DNA from: Acidobacteriota bacterium
GTDB lineage: Bacteria; Acidobacteriota; Terriglobia; Versatilivoradales; Versatilivoraceae
DNA: 64,000 nucleotides
Assembly (NCBI GenBank): GCA_022821775.1
Contig: JAJECY010000107.1
Span: forward strand, 861 to 64,860
Reading direction: 5' to 3'
The translations under genes and the position numbers were made by a program. Each line of letters begins with the position of its first letter. The stretch's first letter is position 1. Shown here piece by piece: positions 38,047 through 48,060 of the stretch. The notes under the pieces were generated by a model that saw only the letters and a program-made list of their open reading frames with translations, was not told where the DNA came from and made no database searches.

Positions 38047-38079
38047 CCACCGGCGGGAAGTTCGTCCGCACCGGCGGCC
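38047..38079. promoter_or_regulatory. candidate LytTR-type operator: imperfect direct repeats (CACCGGCGG) with 21-bp period
   Basis: CCACCGGCGGG-11 nt-CACCGGCGGCC, 50-80 bp upstream of the LytTR regulator start in the divergent kinase/regulator gap. GC-rich, so chance occurrence is possible. Confidence 0.25.
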
Positions 38080-38314
38080 CCATCCGACCCGCGGGCGGAA
38101 TGCGTCGGGGGCCGGGGTGGAGCCGCGATGCGGCAGCCGCCATGGCCCCGCGAAGCCGCCCGCCGGCCCCACCGGTTGGCGCGGCAGCCGTTGCGCCACG
38201 GGCGATCCGGGAGCGTCCCGGCCTTGCTCTCAGAATCCCTATTATGCATCAGCGGCGCCAACCCAATGGAAATTGACCGTTCAGATCGTATACTGATGAG
38301 AGTAGGCGCGATCC

Positions 38315-40207
38315 ATGGACAACCCACCCACCGTTCACCTTCCGCTGCTGGTCAATACCCTGGGGCACATCTTTGGGCTGGCGGCCTTCAGCGGTTTTCT
38401 CTATTTGCTGTGGCGCAGCCGCCGACGGTCTCTCCTGGGGGACATCCGGCTGCCGGGCGGGGCCGCCCTGCTGGCCCTGTTATGGAACGCCGGCTCGCTG
38501 GGAGTGCTGGCGGCGGCCGATTCACCCAGCCTGGCGCGACGCGTGATGGTGGCGGGAAGCTTTGCCGCCTTGAGCCTGCTGCCGAGCGTGCTGCTGCACG
38601 TCTCGCTGGGCTCCTGGCGATCCCTGCTCTGCTGGATCGGCTACGGAGTGGGATTGCTGGCCTGCGGCATCCATCTGGCTGAAATCTTCGGCGCCGAGGT
38701 CACTTCCCATCAGTTCGGGCTGCAGCTCATCACCTTCGGGTTCGGAGCCCTGGCCGTGCTGGCGGCCCTCGTCCTCTGGAGGGACCAGCAGCAACGCAAG
38801 GGGGCGGGGATGCGCATGCTGGGCGCCATGGCCCTGTTCCTGTTCGCCGTTTCCTTCGTCCACTTCGGCGAGGCGCACGGAACCGAAGCCTGGGCCTACG
38901 AGCTCTTGGTGCACCATGCCGGCATCCCGCTGGCGCTGGTGGTGCTGCTGCAGGAATACCGCTTTCTGCTGCTGGACGTCTTCATTCGTTTCCTGGGGAA
39001 TGCGCTGCTGGCGGTGGTTTTCGCGGTGGGCCTGATCGGGCTGTTGAGCCGGCTGGAGCTCGATTTGGAGCTCGATCCCGCCTCCCCGCAAGGAGGATTT
39101 TCACTGGCTGTGACCATCACCGGGGTGGGCCTGGCCCTGCTTGGTTTTTCCGGGTCTCGCGGCTACCTTCAGAGATGGGTGGAGCGGCGTGTCTTCCGCA
39201 GGGGCAACCTGAGGGCGGCGCTGGGGCGGCTCCAGGCCCTGTCCGGCAGCGCCGGGAGCGAAGAGGAGTTCCTGCGACAGGCGGCCGAAGAAACGGCTTC
39301 CTTCGCCAAGGCCCGCCGGGTGGAGCTCCTGGAGGAAAGTGCTGTTGCCGAGGCGATTGTCGGGGAGGGCCTGCGCCCCCAGATTCTGGATCGAGGCCAG
39401 AGTTCGGAACTTGGCCACAGGCGCTGGGCCGAGGTGGCGGTGCCGCTACGGTTCGCCGAGGGAGACCGGAAGGCGCTGCTCTTGAGCGCTCGGCTGGCCG
39501 GCAGGCGCTATCTCAGTGAAGACCTGGAGGATCTGAACCGCCTGGCGACCGAGGTGGTGGCGCAAGTGGCTCGCCGGAGGCGCGCCGAGCTGCAGGGCCT
39601 GGCCACCCGGGCGGAGTTGCAGGCCCTGCGGGCGCAGATCAACCCCCACTTTCTCTTCAACTCTCTCAATGCACTCTACGGGCTCATTCCGCGAGCGGCG
39701 GCCGAGGCCCGGCGCACCGTTGTCAACCTGGCCGAGATCTTTCGCTACCTGCTGCAAGGCAATCGCCAGCAGGTACCATTGGAAGAGGAACTCCGAACCG
39801 TCCAGGCCTACCTGGAGGTGGAGCGCTTGCGGCTGGGGTCCCGCCTAGCCACCCGGATCGACGTCAGCCGTGAAGCCCTCCGGGTGGAAATCCCGGCCCT
39901 GTCGATCCAGCCCCTGGTCGAGAATGCCGTCAAGCACGGCATTAGCAGGCAGGTGGAGGGGGGAAGCATCCGCCTGGACGCTGCCGTGGAGGACGGTGTC
40001 CTCGAGGTTGCGGTCTCCGACGACGGCCCGGGATTTCAGTCGTCCGTACTTCGGGAGGATGGACAGGGCCTGGAGAATGTTCGGCGCCGGCTGCGGCTCT
40101 GCTACGGCGAACAGGGCACACTCCAGGTGCAATCCGATCCCGGGCGCACCAGGGTCGGCTATCGTGTGCCGCTGGAGAACAACCCCGCTGCCGTTCCAAC
40201 CAAGTAA
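38315..40207 (+). CDS. LytS/YehU-family sensor histidine kinase (multi-TM sensor + His_kinase + HATPase)
   Basis: Six or more N-terminal TM segments. QINPHFLFNSLN His-kinase motif. C-terminal ATPase G-boxes (DDGPGF...). Transcribed divergently from the LytTR regulator. Confidence 0.8.
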   Translation: MDNPPTVHLPLLVNTLGHIFGLAAFSGFLYLLWRSRRRSLLGDIRLPGGAALLALLWNAGSLGVLAAADSPSLARRVMVAGSFAALSLLPSVLLHVSLGSWRSLLCWIGYGVGLLACGIHLAEIFGAEVTSHQFGLQLITFGFGALAVLAALVLWRDQQQRKGAGMRMLGAMALFLFAVSFVHFGEAHGTEAWAYELLVHHAGIPLALVVLLQEYRFLLLDVFIRFLGNALLAVVFAVGLIGLLSRLELDLELDPASPQGGFSLAVTITGVGLALLGFSGSRGYLQRWVERRVFRRGNLRAALGRLQALSGSAGSEEEFLRQAAEETASFAKARRVELLEESAVAEAIVGEGLRPQILDRGQSSELGHRRWAEVAVPLRFAEGDRKALLLSARLAGRRYLSEDLEDLNRLATEVVAQVARRRRAELQGLATRAELQALRAQINPHFLFNSLNALYGLIPRAAAEARRTVVNLAEIFRYLLQGNRQQVPLEEELRTVQAYLEVERLRLGSRLATRIDVSREALRVEIPALSIQPLVENAVKHGISRQVEGGSIRLDAAVEDGVLEVAVSDDGPGFQSSVLREDGQGLENVRRRLRLCYGEQGTLQVQSDPGRTRVGYRVPLENNPAAVPTK

Positions 40208-40376
40208 GGCCTCGGCGAAAAAGCTGGCGAAATTTCCCTGCTACAATAAGAACCAGTTGACCGGAGTCCACGCGGAAAGGGAAGAACTTCCACTCCGGCC
40301 TTCCCGAACGGATTGCCCAGGGACGTCACCACTCTCGAGTCGGAGAGGATCCGTAGAGAAGAAACAAGAGAGAGAC

Positions 40377-41438
40377 ATGAAACATCTCATTGCATATTGT
40401 GCCCTGTCGGTGCATCTCGGGACGCTTGCCTTGGCGGATACGTCGGTTTCGGAACGCGACGTGAATGCGCTCGGATACGCTCGACCCACTTCGCATGCCG
40501 TGATTCCCACGGCGGCGCACGTGAAAAGCTTCAGAACCCGAGTCGTGATCGGCAACCTGACTTCGCATGAATATTCCATTACGGCCACTCTCTACGGTCC
40601 GAATGGCCTGGTGGGTCGGGAAATCATTTCCATGCCGGCGACTCACTACAAGGGGTGGGACAATTTTTTCAGGTCGGTGTTCGACTATACGGGAAACGGA
40701 TCGGTCGTGCTCGAGTCCGAGATTGACAGCGAGGCCGGCGATGCCGCGGACTCCCGCTACAAGTTCTACTTGACGGCCGAAGTCTATTCCGACTCGGAGA
40801 ACGGCCGTTTCAGCACGCCGGTGGTCAATGGGATCGCCCCGTTGGTCGATGAAGGCGATCGGGCCTACAATTTTGGAATCAGCGTCAACGAGGATCAAAG
40901 AACCAACATCGGCGCTTTCAACCCAAGCGATGCGCCTGTTTCGATTGAAGCCGAGGTCTCGGACGAGTCCGGGCTGGTCGAAACCGTCAGTTTTGAAATG
41001 GCGCCCTACTCCTGGCAGCAGAAACCCATCAGCGCCAGGGTAGACTTCGGATGGATCGAGTGGAAAACAAGCGGCGCCACCTACCTTTGGGCGGTATCGG
41101 TCGACAACCGTTCCAACGATGGAACCCTGGTATATCCGATGAAACCTGAAGCGGGTGCCCCAACGCCCACGGAATCCGGCGAGCTCCAGGCTTGCACCGG
41201 CGAAACCGTCCTTCGATCCGGAGGCCAATGCAGCCTCGACAGCGGGGAAAGCCCGATCGGGACGTTCACGGTGAACCCCAACGGCACGAGCTGCTTGAGT
41301 ATCGGTGGCTTTACCACCTGTTCGGCAACAGCGCACAACTTGAGAAATGCCGCGGTGAATCAATATCGGATCACCTTCGTGGCCGCCAGGAACGACGACG
41401 GGAGCTGGGTGATTTCAGAAATCTCGATATCGGGGTAG
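40377..41438 (+). CDS. secreted hypothetical protein with Cys-rich C-terminal tail
   Basis: Signal peptide MKHLIAYCALSVHLGTLALA. About 350 aa. Six Cys in the last 60 residues. Low-GC leader. Confidence 0.65.
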   Translation: MKHLIAYCALSVHLGTLALADTSVSERDVNALGYARPTSHAVIPTAAHVKSFRTRVVIGNLTSHEYSITATLYGPNGLVGREIISMPATHYKGWDNFFRSVFDYTGNGSVVLESEIDSEAGDAADSRYKFYLTAEVYSDSENGRFSTPVVNGIAPLVDEGDRAYNFGISVNEDQRTNIGAFNPSDAPVSIEAEVSDESGLVETVSFEMAPYSWQQKPISARVDFGWIEWKTSGATYLWAVSVDNRSNDGTLVYPMKPEAGAPTPTESGELQACTGETVLRSGGQCSLDSGESPIGTFTVNPNGTSCLSIGGFTTCSATAHNLRNAAVNQYRITFVAARNDDGSWVISEISISG

Positions 41439-41498
41439 CGACAGGCGACCGAACGTCTCAATCGGCACAGCCGGGAAGTGGCCGGAAGGAACTCGACC

Positions 41499-44400
41499 AT
41501 GCGGACAGCGTTCAGAACCAGCCTCACGATTCTTGGGGTCCTGTGCCTGATCGCAGCCTCTGCCGGCGTGGCCATTTCGGAGACTTCCCCCGGTGAGGGT
41601 GGGGAAAAGGCGCGTTTGACCCGGGAACAGGCCTCCGGCATGACCCGAGCCGCCGCCGCCCGGATTTCCGAGGAGAGCCGCGCAGGCGTCCGGGAACCGG
41701 CCGTTGAGGTCGCGCCTCGATCTTCCGCCACGTCGTCCGTCTCCGAACAGTCCGTGCAGGACTCCTCTCCCTCTCCTCCCACCGGCTATACGTTCGTTTC
41801 CTACCACGGCGAGATGCCGCGGGAGCGAATCGAGGGCGAGGTTGGCACCGGGGGCGTGCGCCCCCGGCTGGATCTGGACTGGCTGGGGACGGAGACCTCG
41901 ATCGAGATGCTGTCCGACCAGGCCGCCGCGGCCGGACGGGACTGGTCCTTCGGCTGGATCCGTCTCGCCGGGGAGGCCACGGCCAACGACCTGGCGCAGG
42001 CGCTCCAGGGCACGGGCGCCCGCATCCTCGGTTCCTCGGGAGTGCTCGTTCGCGCCAGCCTTCCGGGCGACGAGGCCCTTCTGCACGCGATCGCGGCGTT
42101 GCCTGAGGTCGATGGGCTGGGCGCCCTGCCCCCTGAGAGGAAACTCGCCCAAGCACTGGTGAACCCATCTCCCGGCGCCTCCACCCAGGAAATGACGCCG
42201 GTGTTCATCACCCTGATGACCGACGATCCCGACGCCCGCTGGCGGCAGGCGCTGCAGGACCTGGGGGCGGAGGTGGGACGCTTCGACCCGGACATCCGGG
42301 TCTATGCGGCCAACCTGCCCCGGGCTCGGCTGGAAGCGATTGCCGAGGCCGATTTCGTGCTGGCCATCCAACCCATCGGAATCGTCGAATCCGTGCTGGA
42401 CACGGCTGTCCCCGCCATGGGCGCCGATGCCCTGCGCCAATACGACGGGGCTCCCGGCCTATTCTCGGGTATCGGCGGCGCCTCGGTCCCCATCGGAGTC
42501 ATGGATACCGGCCTCAATATCAACCATCCCGACATCGCGTCCAACCGGGAAAGCGTGTGCGGGGCCAACTTCTCGCTGGACCTCGGCTTTTTCGGGTTCG
42601 GCGGGACCAGCGAGTCCGAGGACCTGTGGATCGATGCAGGCCTGCACGGAACCGCCGTAACCGGAACCATCCTCGGAAACGGCGCCATCGAACCCCGTTT
42701 CGCCGGCATGGCCCCTTCGGTTCGCCACGTCCGTTTCGCCAAGGTCCTGAACAGCTCCGGGTTCGGATTCGGGGACGGGGTCAGTCGAGCCATGGATTTC
42801 CTGGCCCGCCCCACCGAGTGCGCCGAAGCGGCCAGTCCGTCGCTCCCGGTCAAACCCCTGATCGTCAATATGAGCCTGGGTGATTCATCCCGGGAATTCG
42901 AGGGAAGGGATGTCGATGAGCGCAAGCTCGACTCCATCGTCTGGAGTCACCGCCAACTGTATGTCGTCGCGCAATCGAACGAAGGGATCAACGGCTTTTC
43001 CGACTTTGCCAGCGCCAAGAACTCGCTGGCGGTCGGCGCCGTGCTGGACAGCGGGGACATCGCCGCCTTCAGCAGCCACGGGCCCACCTCCGACGGACGC
43101 CTGGCGCCCCAGGTGGTCGCCACCGGAGTCGGCATCCATTCGGCCCGGGGCGGGGGCAGCCGCGGGGGCCATGTCCGCTTCAACGGCACCAGTTTCTCGT
43201 CGCCCGCCGTGGCCGGAGTGGCCGCCCTGCTGCTGGATGCGGTCCCTGCCTTCCGCGAGCAGCCCGCGCTCACCCGGGCTCGGCTGATGGCCGGCGCCAT
43301 CCGGCCGGATCCCTGGTTGGAGGGCGCCGGGGCATTCCCCGCGACCAACAGCGACGGGCCCGGCAGGCTGCATGCCCAGTACGGACTGGGCAAGGTGTCG
43401 GCCCGCACCAGCGTGCTCAACCGGAATCGGGCCGACGGTTGGGCCGGCGGGGCCGCGGTCTCCGAGCTGCGGGACGGCGAGTACGCCTATCGGGACATCC
43501 GGGTGCCGGAAGGCGCCAGCCGCCTGGACCTGGTGCTGGCCTGGGACGAGCCGCCCACCGACACCATCGGCAGCGCCGTTTTGAACGATCTCGACCTGTG
43601 GCTCGACCGGGACGGCGATTGCGGCGCCGTCGCCTGCGGAGAGCATGTTTCGTCCTCCCGCGTGGACAACGTGGAGTGGATCATCCTCAGCAACCCGCAA
43701 CCGGGAGTCTACCGGGCGAAGGTGGCGGCCCACCGCGTCTACACCGCTCCGCCGCGGGCGGCGCTGGCCTGGACGGTGATCCGGGGCGCCTCCACTCCGA
43801 ACCTGGAGATCGAGGCCGACGGCAGCTCCCTCGAAGGCGGCCGGGAACAGGAACTGACGCTGACCCTGGGCACGGACGCCTACGTGGCGGCCGGAACCCG
43901 GCTCCACATCGACTGCCGCGACGCCGGGGGACCATCCGGCTGCAACCAGGTGCGGATCCACACCGTGGAGGTGTCCCGCCAGGATGGGCTGACGGTGGAT
44001 CTATCGTCCGAACTCGAGGTTCCCGAACCCGACCTCCCGGCATTCCCGGGTCAGGAGGTGATCGAGGCCGCACCCGTCCCCCTGGGGTCCTCGATCCCGC
44101 TCGGTGAAGTCTCGGTCGGGGAGGCCCGGGGCGTCAAGTTGAGTGTTTCCTACGCCGGCGAGCCGGACACGGCGCGCCTCTACTTTACGGCGAGCGCCTG
44201 GAATGCGCGGGCGGCATCGGTGTCGGTCGGCCTGGGCGCGGGCAGCCGGCCCCCATCCGGCGTTACCGGCAGGCCCCCCAACGACGACTTCCTGTCGGCG
44301 ATCCCGATCGAGGGCGGGGAGGGAGCGCTGGCTCTGGATCTGCTGCCGGCCACCCCGGAGCCGGGAGAGCCTCTGTTCACCTCCCGGCGGGGACGCCCGG

Positions 44401-47285
44401 CCGGCTCGGTCTGGTACACCTGGACGGCGCCGTACGACGGTCCGGTCCATTTCGACATTCCCCCGGCTACGGATCGCGGGGACATGCGCAACGACCGCAT
44501 CGACATCTATCGAGGGGACCGCATCGCGGCGCTGCAGGAGATCGCCTCCGGCCAGTGGGGATCGACATTCTTCGCCGAGCAGGGGCGAACCTATCGCATC
44601 CGGGTGAGCAAAGACGGCAGGGGCGCCGCCCTGGAGCTTCGCTGGGCCGAGGGGTCCCGCCCCGCCAACGACAACCTGTCGGAGGCGATCCCGATCGAGG
44701 GGCCGGCCGGCATGGTCCAGGGCAACAACCGGGGGGCCACTCTGGAGCCCGGAGAATGGTTCGGGTTCGCGGCGGCCACCACCTGGTACCGCTGGACCGC
44801 ACCCGGCGACGGCCTGTGGCTGTTCGAGAGCGATGAACCGCGGCGTGTCTTCGTGTTCGAGAAAGACGCAACCGAGAGCGGAGTCTTCGGGAGGGACCTC
44901 TTCCCCGGGGATGCCGCCGCCGCGGACGGCATTCCCCGGCTCCGGCTGGTATCGAACTTTCCCCTGGAGCGCTCCGTGGTCAACGCCGGAGCCGGAAGGG
45001 AATATCTCATCGCCGTGGCCGAGCCCACCGCCTATTCGTCCGGAGGCTCCTACCCGCTGAGATGGTCGCCGCTGCCCTTCGTTCCCCGCGCTCCGAACGA
45101 CGACATTGCAGGTGCGGAACCGATCGAGAGTGCGCTGTCGTCGGAACAGCCCATCGTGGTGGACCCCTTTGCGACCGTGGAGCCGGGAGAGCCGCCCGAG
45201 AGCGGTGTCCGCACGAACTGGTGGGTGTGGGAAGCGCCGGAGGACGGCCGCTACACCTGGAGCCTGGCGGAGGCTGGGGGACTGTCTCTGTTGCCGTTTT
45301 CCACCCATTCGAGGCTGCGGGTGACCGTGTTTACCGGAAGCTCCACCGAAGACCTGCGCCTGGTCGCCGAGAGTCGAATGGACGCGGAGCCGTCCGACTT
45401 CGTCTTTGAGGCCGTGGCCGGACAACGGTACTGGATCGCGGCCGGCTTTCCGACCGGTGATCTTTCAGCCTATTCAATACCAGGGGCCGCCGCGAATATT
45501 GTCTGGGGGCCCACCCCCGGCAACGACCGTTTCTACAGCGCCGCGCCGCTTTCGGGAGCCTCGGGTTCGACCACCGGGTCGAATCGCTTTGCGACCATGG
45601 AGCCGAGCGAACGGATCGGCCCGCTGGGCCAGTCCTCGCTCTGGTGGCGGTACCAGGCGCCCGCTTCCGGGTGGTACCGGTTTCGGATCGACGAGCCTTT
45701 CGCTCCCTGGGTGCTGGCCGCCTACCGGGAAACCCTCCGGGGGCTGGGCCCGCTCGAGTTCGTCAGAAGCAGCCATCAGCCGGAAGGGCTGGAGTCCTAC
45801 GCCATCGAGCTGGTCTTTTTTGCCGAGGCGGGAACCGGCTACAGGATCCGGCTCGGGAGCCGCGGCGGCGAATCCGGCGGCGAGTTCACCTTGCACTGGG
45901 AGGAAAGTGAAGCCCCGGTCTGGCTCAAGTTCGTGGGAAGCCTGGCCGACGGAGACCTGGACGCCCAGGGGACCCCGGTGGCGCTTCGGGCCCCGGCCGG
46001 CCTGGCCCTCAACGGCCGCGGAACCGTGCTCTACCTGGCTTCCCGGCTTGGCCTGCAAGTGTTTGACCGCGACTCCCGGACCGGAAATCTGACCCTGCTT
46101 CAGGAGATGGGAGACTACGACCTGGAAGACAGTTCGCTGATCTGGGATCGACTCAGAGCCGCGCTCTATGTCCATCGGTGCGGGGCCTGGCGCCGGTTGG
46201 CCGCGACCGACGGAACCCACCGCCAGCTTCGGGACGAGGGCATGCTGTCGGTCACGGACCTGGAGGGCGCCCCCAACTGCAGCGGCGACGTCTTCATGGA
46301 CTCCGGGGGATCGTTCATCCATACGGTCGATCCCATGCAGGGTCAACTGCAGGTTCTGGCCTTCGATTCGCCGAGCGATCTGCGCCACGTCCAGACCACG
46401 CCGGTCCCCGGGCTGCGGCGCGCGCTGATCTCCAACGGCGGCGGCCACCTCTACGCCGCCACGCGCTCGTCGGTCCTGGTCTTCGAGCGCGACGGGGAAA
46501 CGGGAGAGCTCACCCTGGCGGGAGAAACCGAACCGGGCTTGCGTAACCTGCGATCCATTGCGATCAGCAGCGACGACCGCTATCTGTTCGCCTTCGACGA
46601 CAACGGCACCCGGTCGAACCTGTTCCAACTGGAGGACGATCCCGCCAGTCCGCGGCCGGTCGGCAGCCTGCCGCAATTCTGGTTCCCGCCGCGCGGGTAC
46701 TTCGCCTTCGACAACCGGTGCGGAGGGATGGCAAGAAGAGGAAGCCCGGCGGTCGACCTGTTCTGCAAGGATTCGGCCTTCGGCGTGCGATGGCAGCCGG
46801 AGAACGGCGCCCTGGAGCCGACCGACCTGGTGGCCCCCTGGCAGCCGGACCGGTTCGACAACCCCATCCCCGACTTCGGCCACACGCAACACTTCGCGGC
46901 CAGTTCCGACGGCAGGCACGCCTACCTCAGCACCGAAGAGGCGGGCCTGCTCATCTTCGAGCGGGTCGGAGTCGGCGCCGATGGATTCGTGCGGCTGGAG
47001 ATGCTCTCGGTCTCACCCGGCCAGGTCGGTTTCGGCCCGGTTTCGAGCGGAGGCTGCATCGCCGTCGAAAACGTGTTCATCGACGCCACCCACTTCGCCG
47101 TCCTCCATTCCAAGTGGCAGACCCGGGCCGGACCGGAGTCCGAATGGACCGACATCGAGGGAACCGAAACGGTCGGCGAACTCTGCGCCTACACGCCCTC
47201 CGCTCCCGGCGAATACCGGCTGGTTGCGGAGATCACGATCGACGGCGAAACCGGACAGTACGCCAGCAACATCCTGATCCGTTAG
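41499..47285 (+). CDS. giant secreted subtilisin-like (S8) serine protease fused to four PPC-like domains, a lactonase-type 7-bladed beta-propeller and a C-terminal beta-sandwich
   Basis: GGAAGGAA Shine-Dalgarno. Signal peptide. Catalytic triad motifs VMDTGLN (Asp), HGTAVTG (His) and GTSFSSPAVAG (Ser). Four ~125-aa repeats each starting P(P/A)ND(D/N)...A.PIE with a WY.W/F core. LQVFDRDSRTGNLTL-type propeller region. Confidence 0.85.
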   Translation: MRTAFRTSLTILGVLCLIAASAGVAISETSPGEGGEKARLTREQASGMTRAAAARISEESRAGVREPAVEVAPRSSATSSVSEQSVQDSSPSPPTGYTFVSYHGEMPRERIEGEVGTGGVRPRLDLDWLGTETSIEMLSDQAAAAGRDWSFGWIRLAGEATANDLAQALQGTGARILGSSGVLVRASLPGDEALLHAIAALPEVDGLGALPPERKLAQALVNPSPGASTQEMTPVFITLMTDDPDARWRQALQDLGAEVGRFDPDIRVYAANLPRARLEAIAEADFVLAIQPIGIVESVLDTAVPAMGADALRQYDGAPGLFSGIGGASVPIGVMDTGLNINHPDIASNRESVCGANFSLDLGFFGFGGTSESEDLWIDAGLHGTAVTGTILGNGAIEPRFAGMAPSVRHVRFAKVLNSSGFGFGDGVSRAMDFLARPTECAEAASPSLPVKPLIVNMSLGDSSREFEGRDVDERKLDSIVWSHRQLYVVAQSNEGINGFSDFASAKNSLAVGAVLDSGDIAAFSSHGPTSDGRLAPQVVATGVGIHSARGGGSRGGHVRFNGTSFSSPAVAGVAALLLDAVPAFREQPALTRARLMAGAIRPDPWLEGAGAFPATNSDGPGRLHAQYGLGKVSARTSVLNRNRADGWAGGAAVSELRDGEYAYRDIRVPEGASRLDLVLAWDEPPTDTIGSAVLNDLDLWLDRDGDCGAVACGEHVSSSRVDNVEWIILSNPQPGVYRAKVAAHRVYTAPPRAALAWTVIRGASTPNLEIEADGSSLEGGREQELTLTLGTDAYVAAGTRLHIDCRDAGGPSGCNQVRIHTVEVSRQDGLTVDLSSELEVPEPDLPAFPGQEVIEAAPVPLGSSIPLGEVSVGEARGVKLSVSYAGEPDTARLYFTASAWNARAASVSVGLGAGSRPPSGVTGRPPNDDFLSAIPIEGGEGALALDLLPATPEPGEPLFTSRRGRPAGSVWYTWTAPYDGPVHFDIPPATDRGDMRNDRIDIYRGDRIAALQEIASGQWGSTFFAEQGRTYRIRVSKDGRGAALELRWAEGSRPANDNLSEAIPIEGPAGMVQGNNRGATLEPGEWFGFAAATTWYRWTAPGDGLWLFESDEPRRVFVFEKDATESGVFGRDLFPGDAAAADGIPRLRLVSNFPLERSVVNAGAGREYLIAVAEPTAYSSGGSYPLRWSPLPFVPRAPNDDIAGAEPIESALSSEQPIVVDPFATVEPGEPPESGVRTNWWVWEAPEDGRYTWSLAEAGGLSLLPFSTHSRLRVTVFTGSSTEDLRLVAESRMDAEPSDFVFEAVAGQRYWIAAGFPTGDLSAYSIPGAAANIVWGPTPGNDRFYSAAPLSGASGSTTGSNRFATMEPSERIGPLGQSSLWWRYQAPASGWYRFRIDEPFAPWVLAAYRETLRGLGPLEFVRSSHQPEGLESYAIELVFFAEAGTGYRIRLGSRGGESGGEFTLHWEESEAPVWLKFVGSLADGDLDAQGTPVALRAPAGLALNGRGTVLYLASRLGLQVFDRDSRTGNLTLLQEMGDYDLEDSSLIWDRLRAALYVHRCGAWRRLAATDGTHRQLRDEGMLSVTDLEGAPNCSGDVFMDSGGSFIHTVDPMQGQLQVLAFDSPSDLRHVQTTPVPGLRRALISNGGGHLYAATRSSVLVFERDGETGELTLAGETEPGLRNLRSIAISSDDRYLFAFDDNGTRSNLFQLEDDPASPRPVGSLPQFWFPPRGYFAFDNRCGGMARRGSPAVDLFCKDSAFGVRWQPENGALEPTDLVAPWQPDRFDNPIPDFGHTQHFAASSDGRHAYLSTEEAGLLIFERVGVGADGFVRLEMLSVSPGQVGFGPVSSGGCIAVENVFIDATHFAVLHSKWQTRAGPESEWTDIEGTETVGELCAYTPSAPGEYRLVAEITIDGETGQYASNILIR

Positions 47286-47352
47286 GATTGTCTGAAGGAG
47301 ATCGTCACGCGCGGTGTGGACCCGATGATGGGGGAGGGCCGGGAGGTTTCTC

Positions 47353-47883
47353 GTGGTAACCAAGCGGACGCGGCGATCGGTGCTTTTCATGCTGCCGGCC
47401 ATCCTCACCCTTCTCCTGCCGGCGTTGGCTGCCGAGCAGGCCGCCCCCGCGTACCAGCCGGTCCAACAGTACGATCCCAAGCGGGATGCCGCCGCAGACA
47501 TCGACGCCGCCGTGGCCGAGGCCAAACGCTCCGGAAGGCACGTGCTGATCGAGGTTGGAGGCGAGTGGTGCGGCTGGTGCCACCGGCTGGACGACTACCT
47601 GAAGGCGAAAAGGAAGCTGAATGCCCTGCTGGAGCGGAACTTCGTGATGGTCAAGGTGAACTACAGCCCGGAGAACGAGAACGAAGAGGTGCTCTCACGC
47701 TACCCCGAGGTGGCCGGCTATCCCCACTTCTTCGTGCTGGACGGCCAGGGGAAGCTTTTGCACTCGCAGGACACCGCCAAGCTGGAAGAAGGCAAGTCCT
47801 ACCACGCCCGCAGGTTCAAGCGCTTTCTGAACCGCTGGGGACCGCCCAAGCCGGAACCTGCCCGCCGCAAGCGCTGGCGATGA
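47353..47883 (+). CDS. secreted thioredoxin-fold protein (Thioredoxin_7-like, WCGWCH active site)
   Basis: GGGAGG Shine-Dalgarno 7 nt before GTG. Signal peptide. CGWC redox motif. Confidence 0.7.
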   Translation: MVTKRTRRSVLFMLPAILTLLLPALAAEQAAPAYQPVQQYDPKRDAAADIDAAVAEAKRSGRHVLIEVGGEWCGWCHRLDDYLKAKRKLNALLERNFVMVKVNYSPENENEEVLSRYPEVAGYPHFFVLDGQGKLLHSQDTAKLEEGKSYHARRFKRFLNRWGPPKPEPARRKRWR

Positions 47884-47908
47884 TTCTCAACAGGACAAGC
47901 GGAACCAC
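47871..47908 (+). repeat. left copy of a 38-bp direct repeat (GCGCTGGCGATGATTCTCAACAGGACAAGCGGAACCAC)
   Basis: 34/38 identical to 48425-48462. Similarity extends a further ~10 bp upstream with a 3-nt indel. Contains the thioredoxin stop codon. Confidence 0.6.
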
Positions 47909-48060
47909 AAGCAATTGCGATGGCCCATACCTCCCGCCTCCATCATCTCTACCCCACTCTCCGCCTGCACCGCATCAACTACAGCACGCGGCGACCCATT
48001 CGGTCGAAGTGCGGCACTGATCAGAACGTTCGTGTCGAGAACGACCCGCTTAGCTTTCAT
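47887..48060 (-). pseudogene. truncated VapC-type PIN-domain toxin (only about 30 N-terminal residues conserved)
   Basis: ATG overlaps the antitoxin stop (GATGAAAGCTAA). MKAKRVVLDTNVLISAALRPNGSPRAVVDA is a classic PIN N-terminus. The frame then diverges and terminates inside the left direct repeat (...FRLSC*). Confidence 0.55.

Noticed and set aside
40214-40233. Direct repeat GGCGAAA-N5-GGCGAAA upstream of the secreted-protein gene as a LytTR site
   Set aside because: Repeat is only 7 bp with 12-bp period. This is shorter and tighter than typical LytTR operators (9-bp repeats, ~21-bp period). It could easily be a chance occurrence. Not called as a feature.
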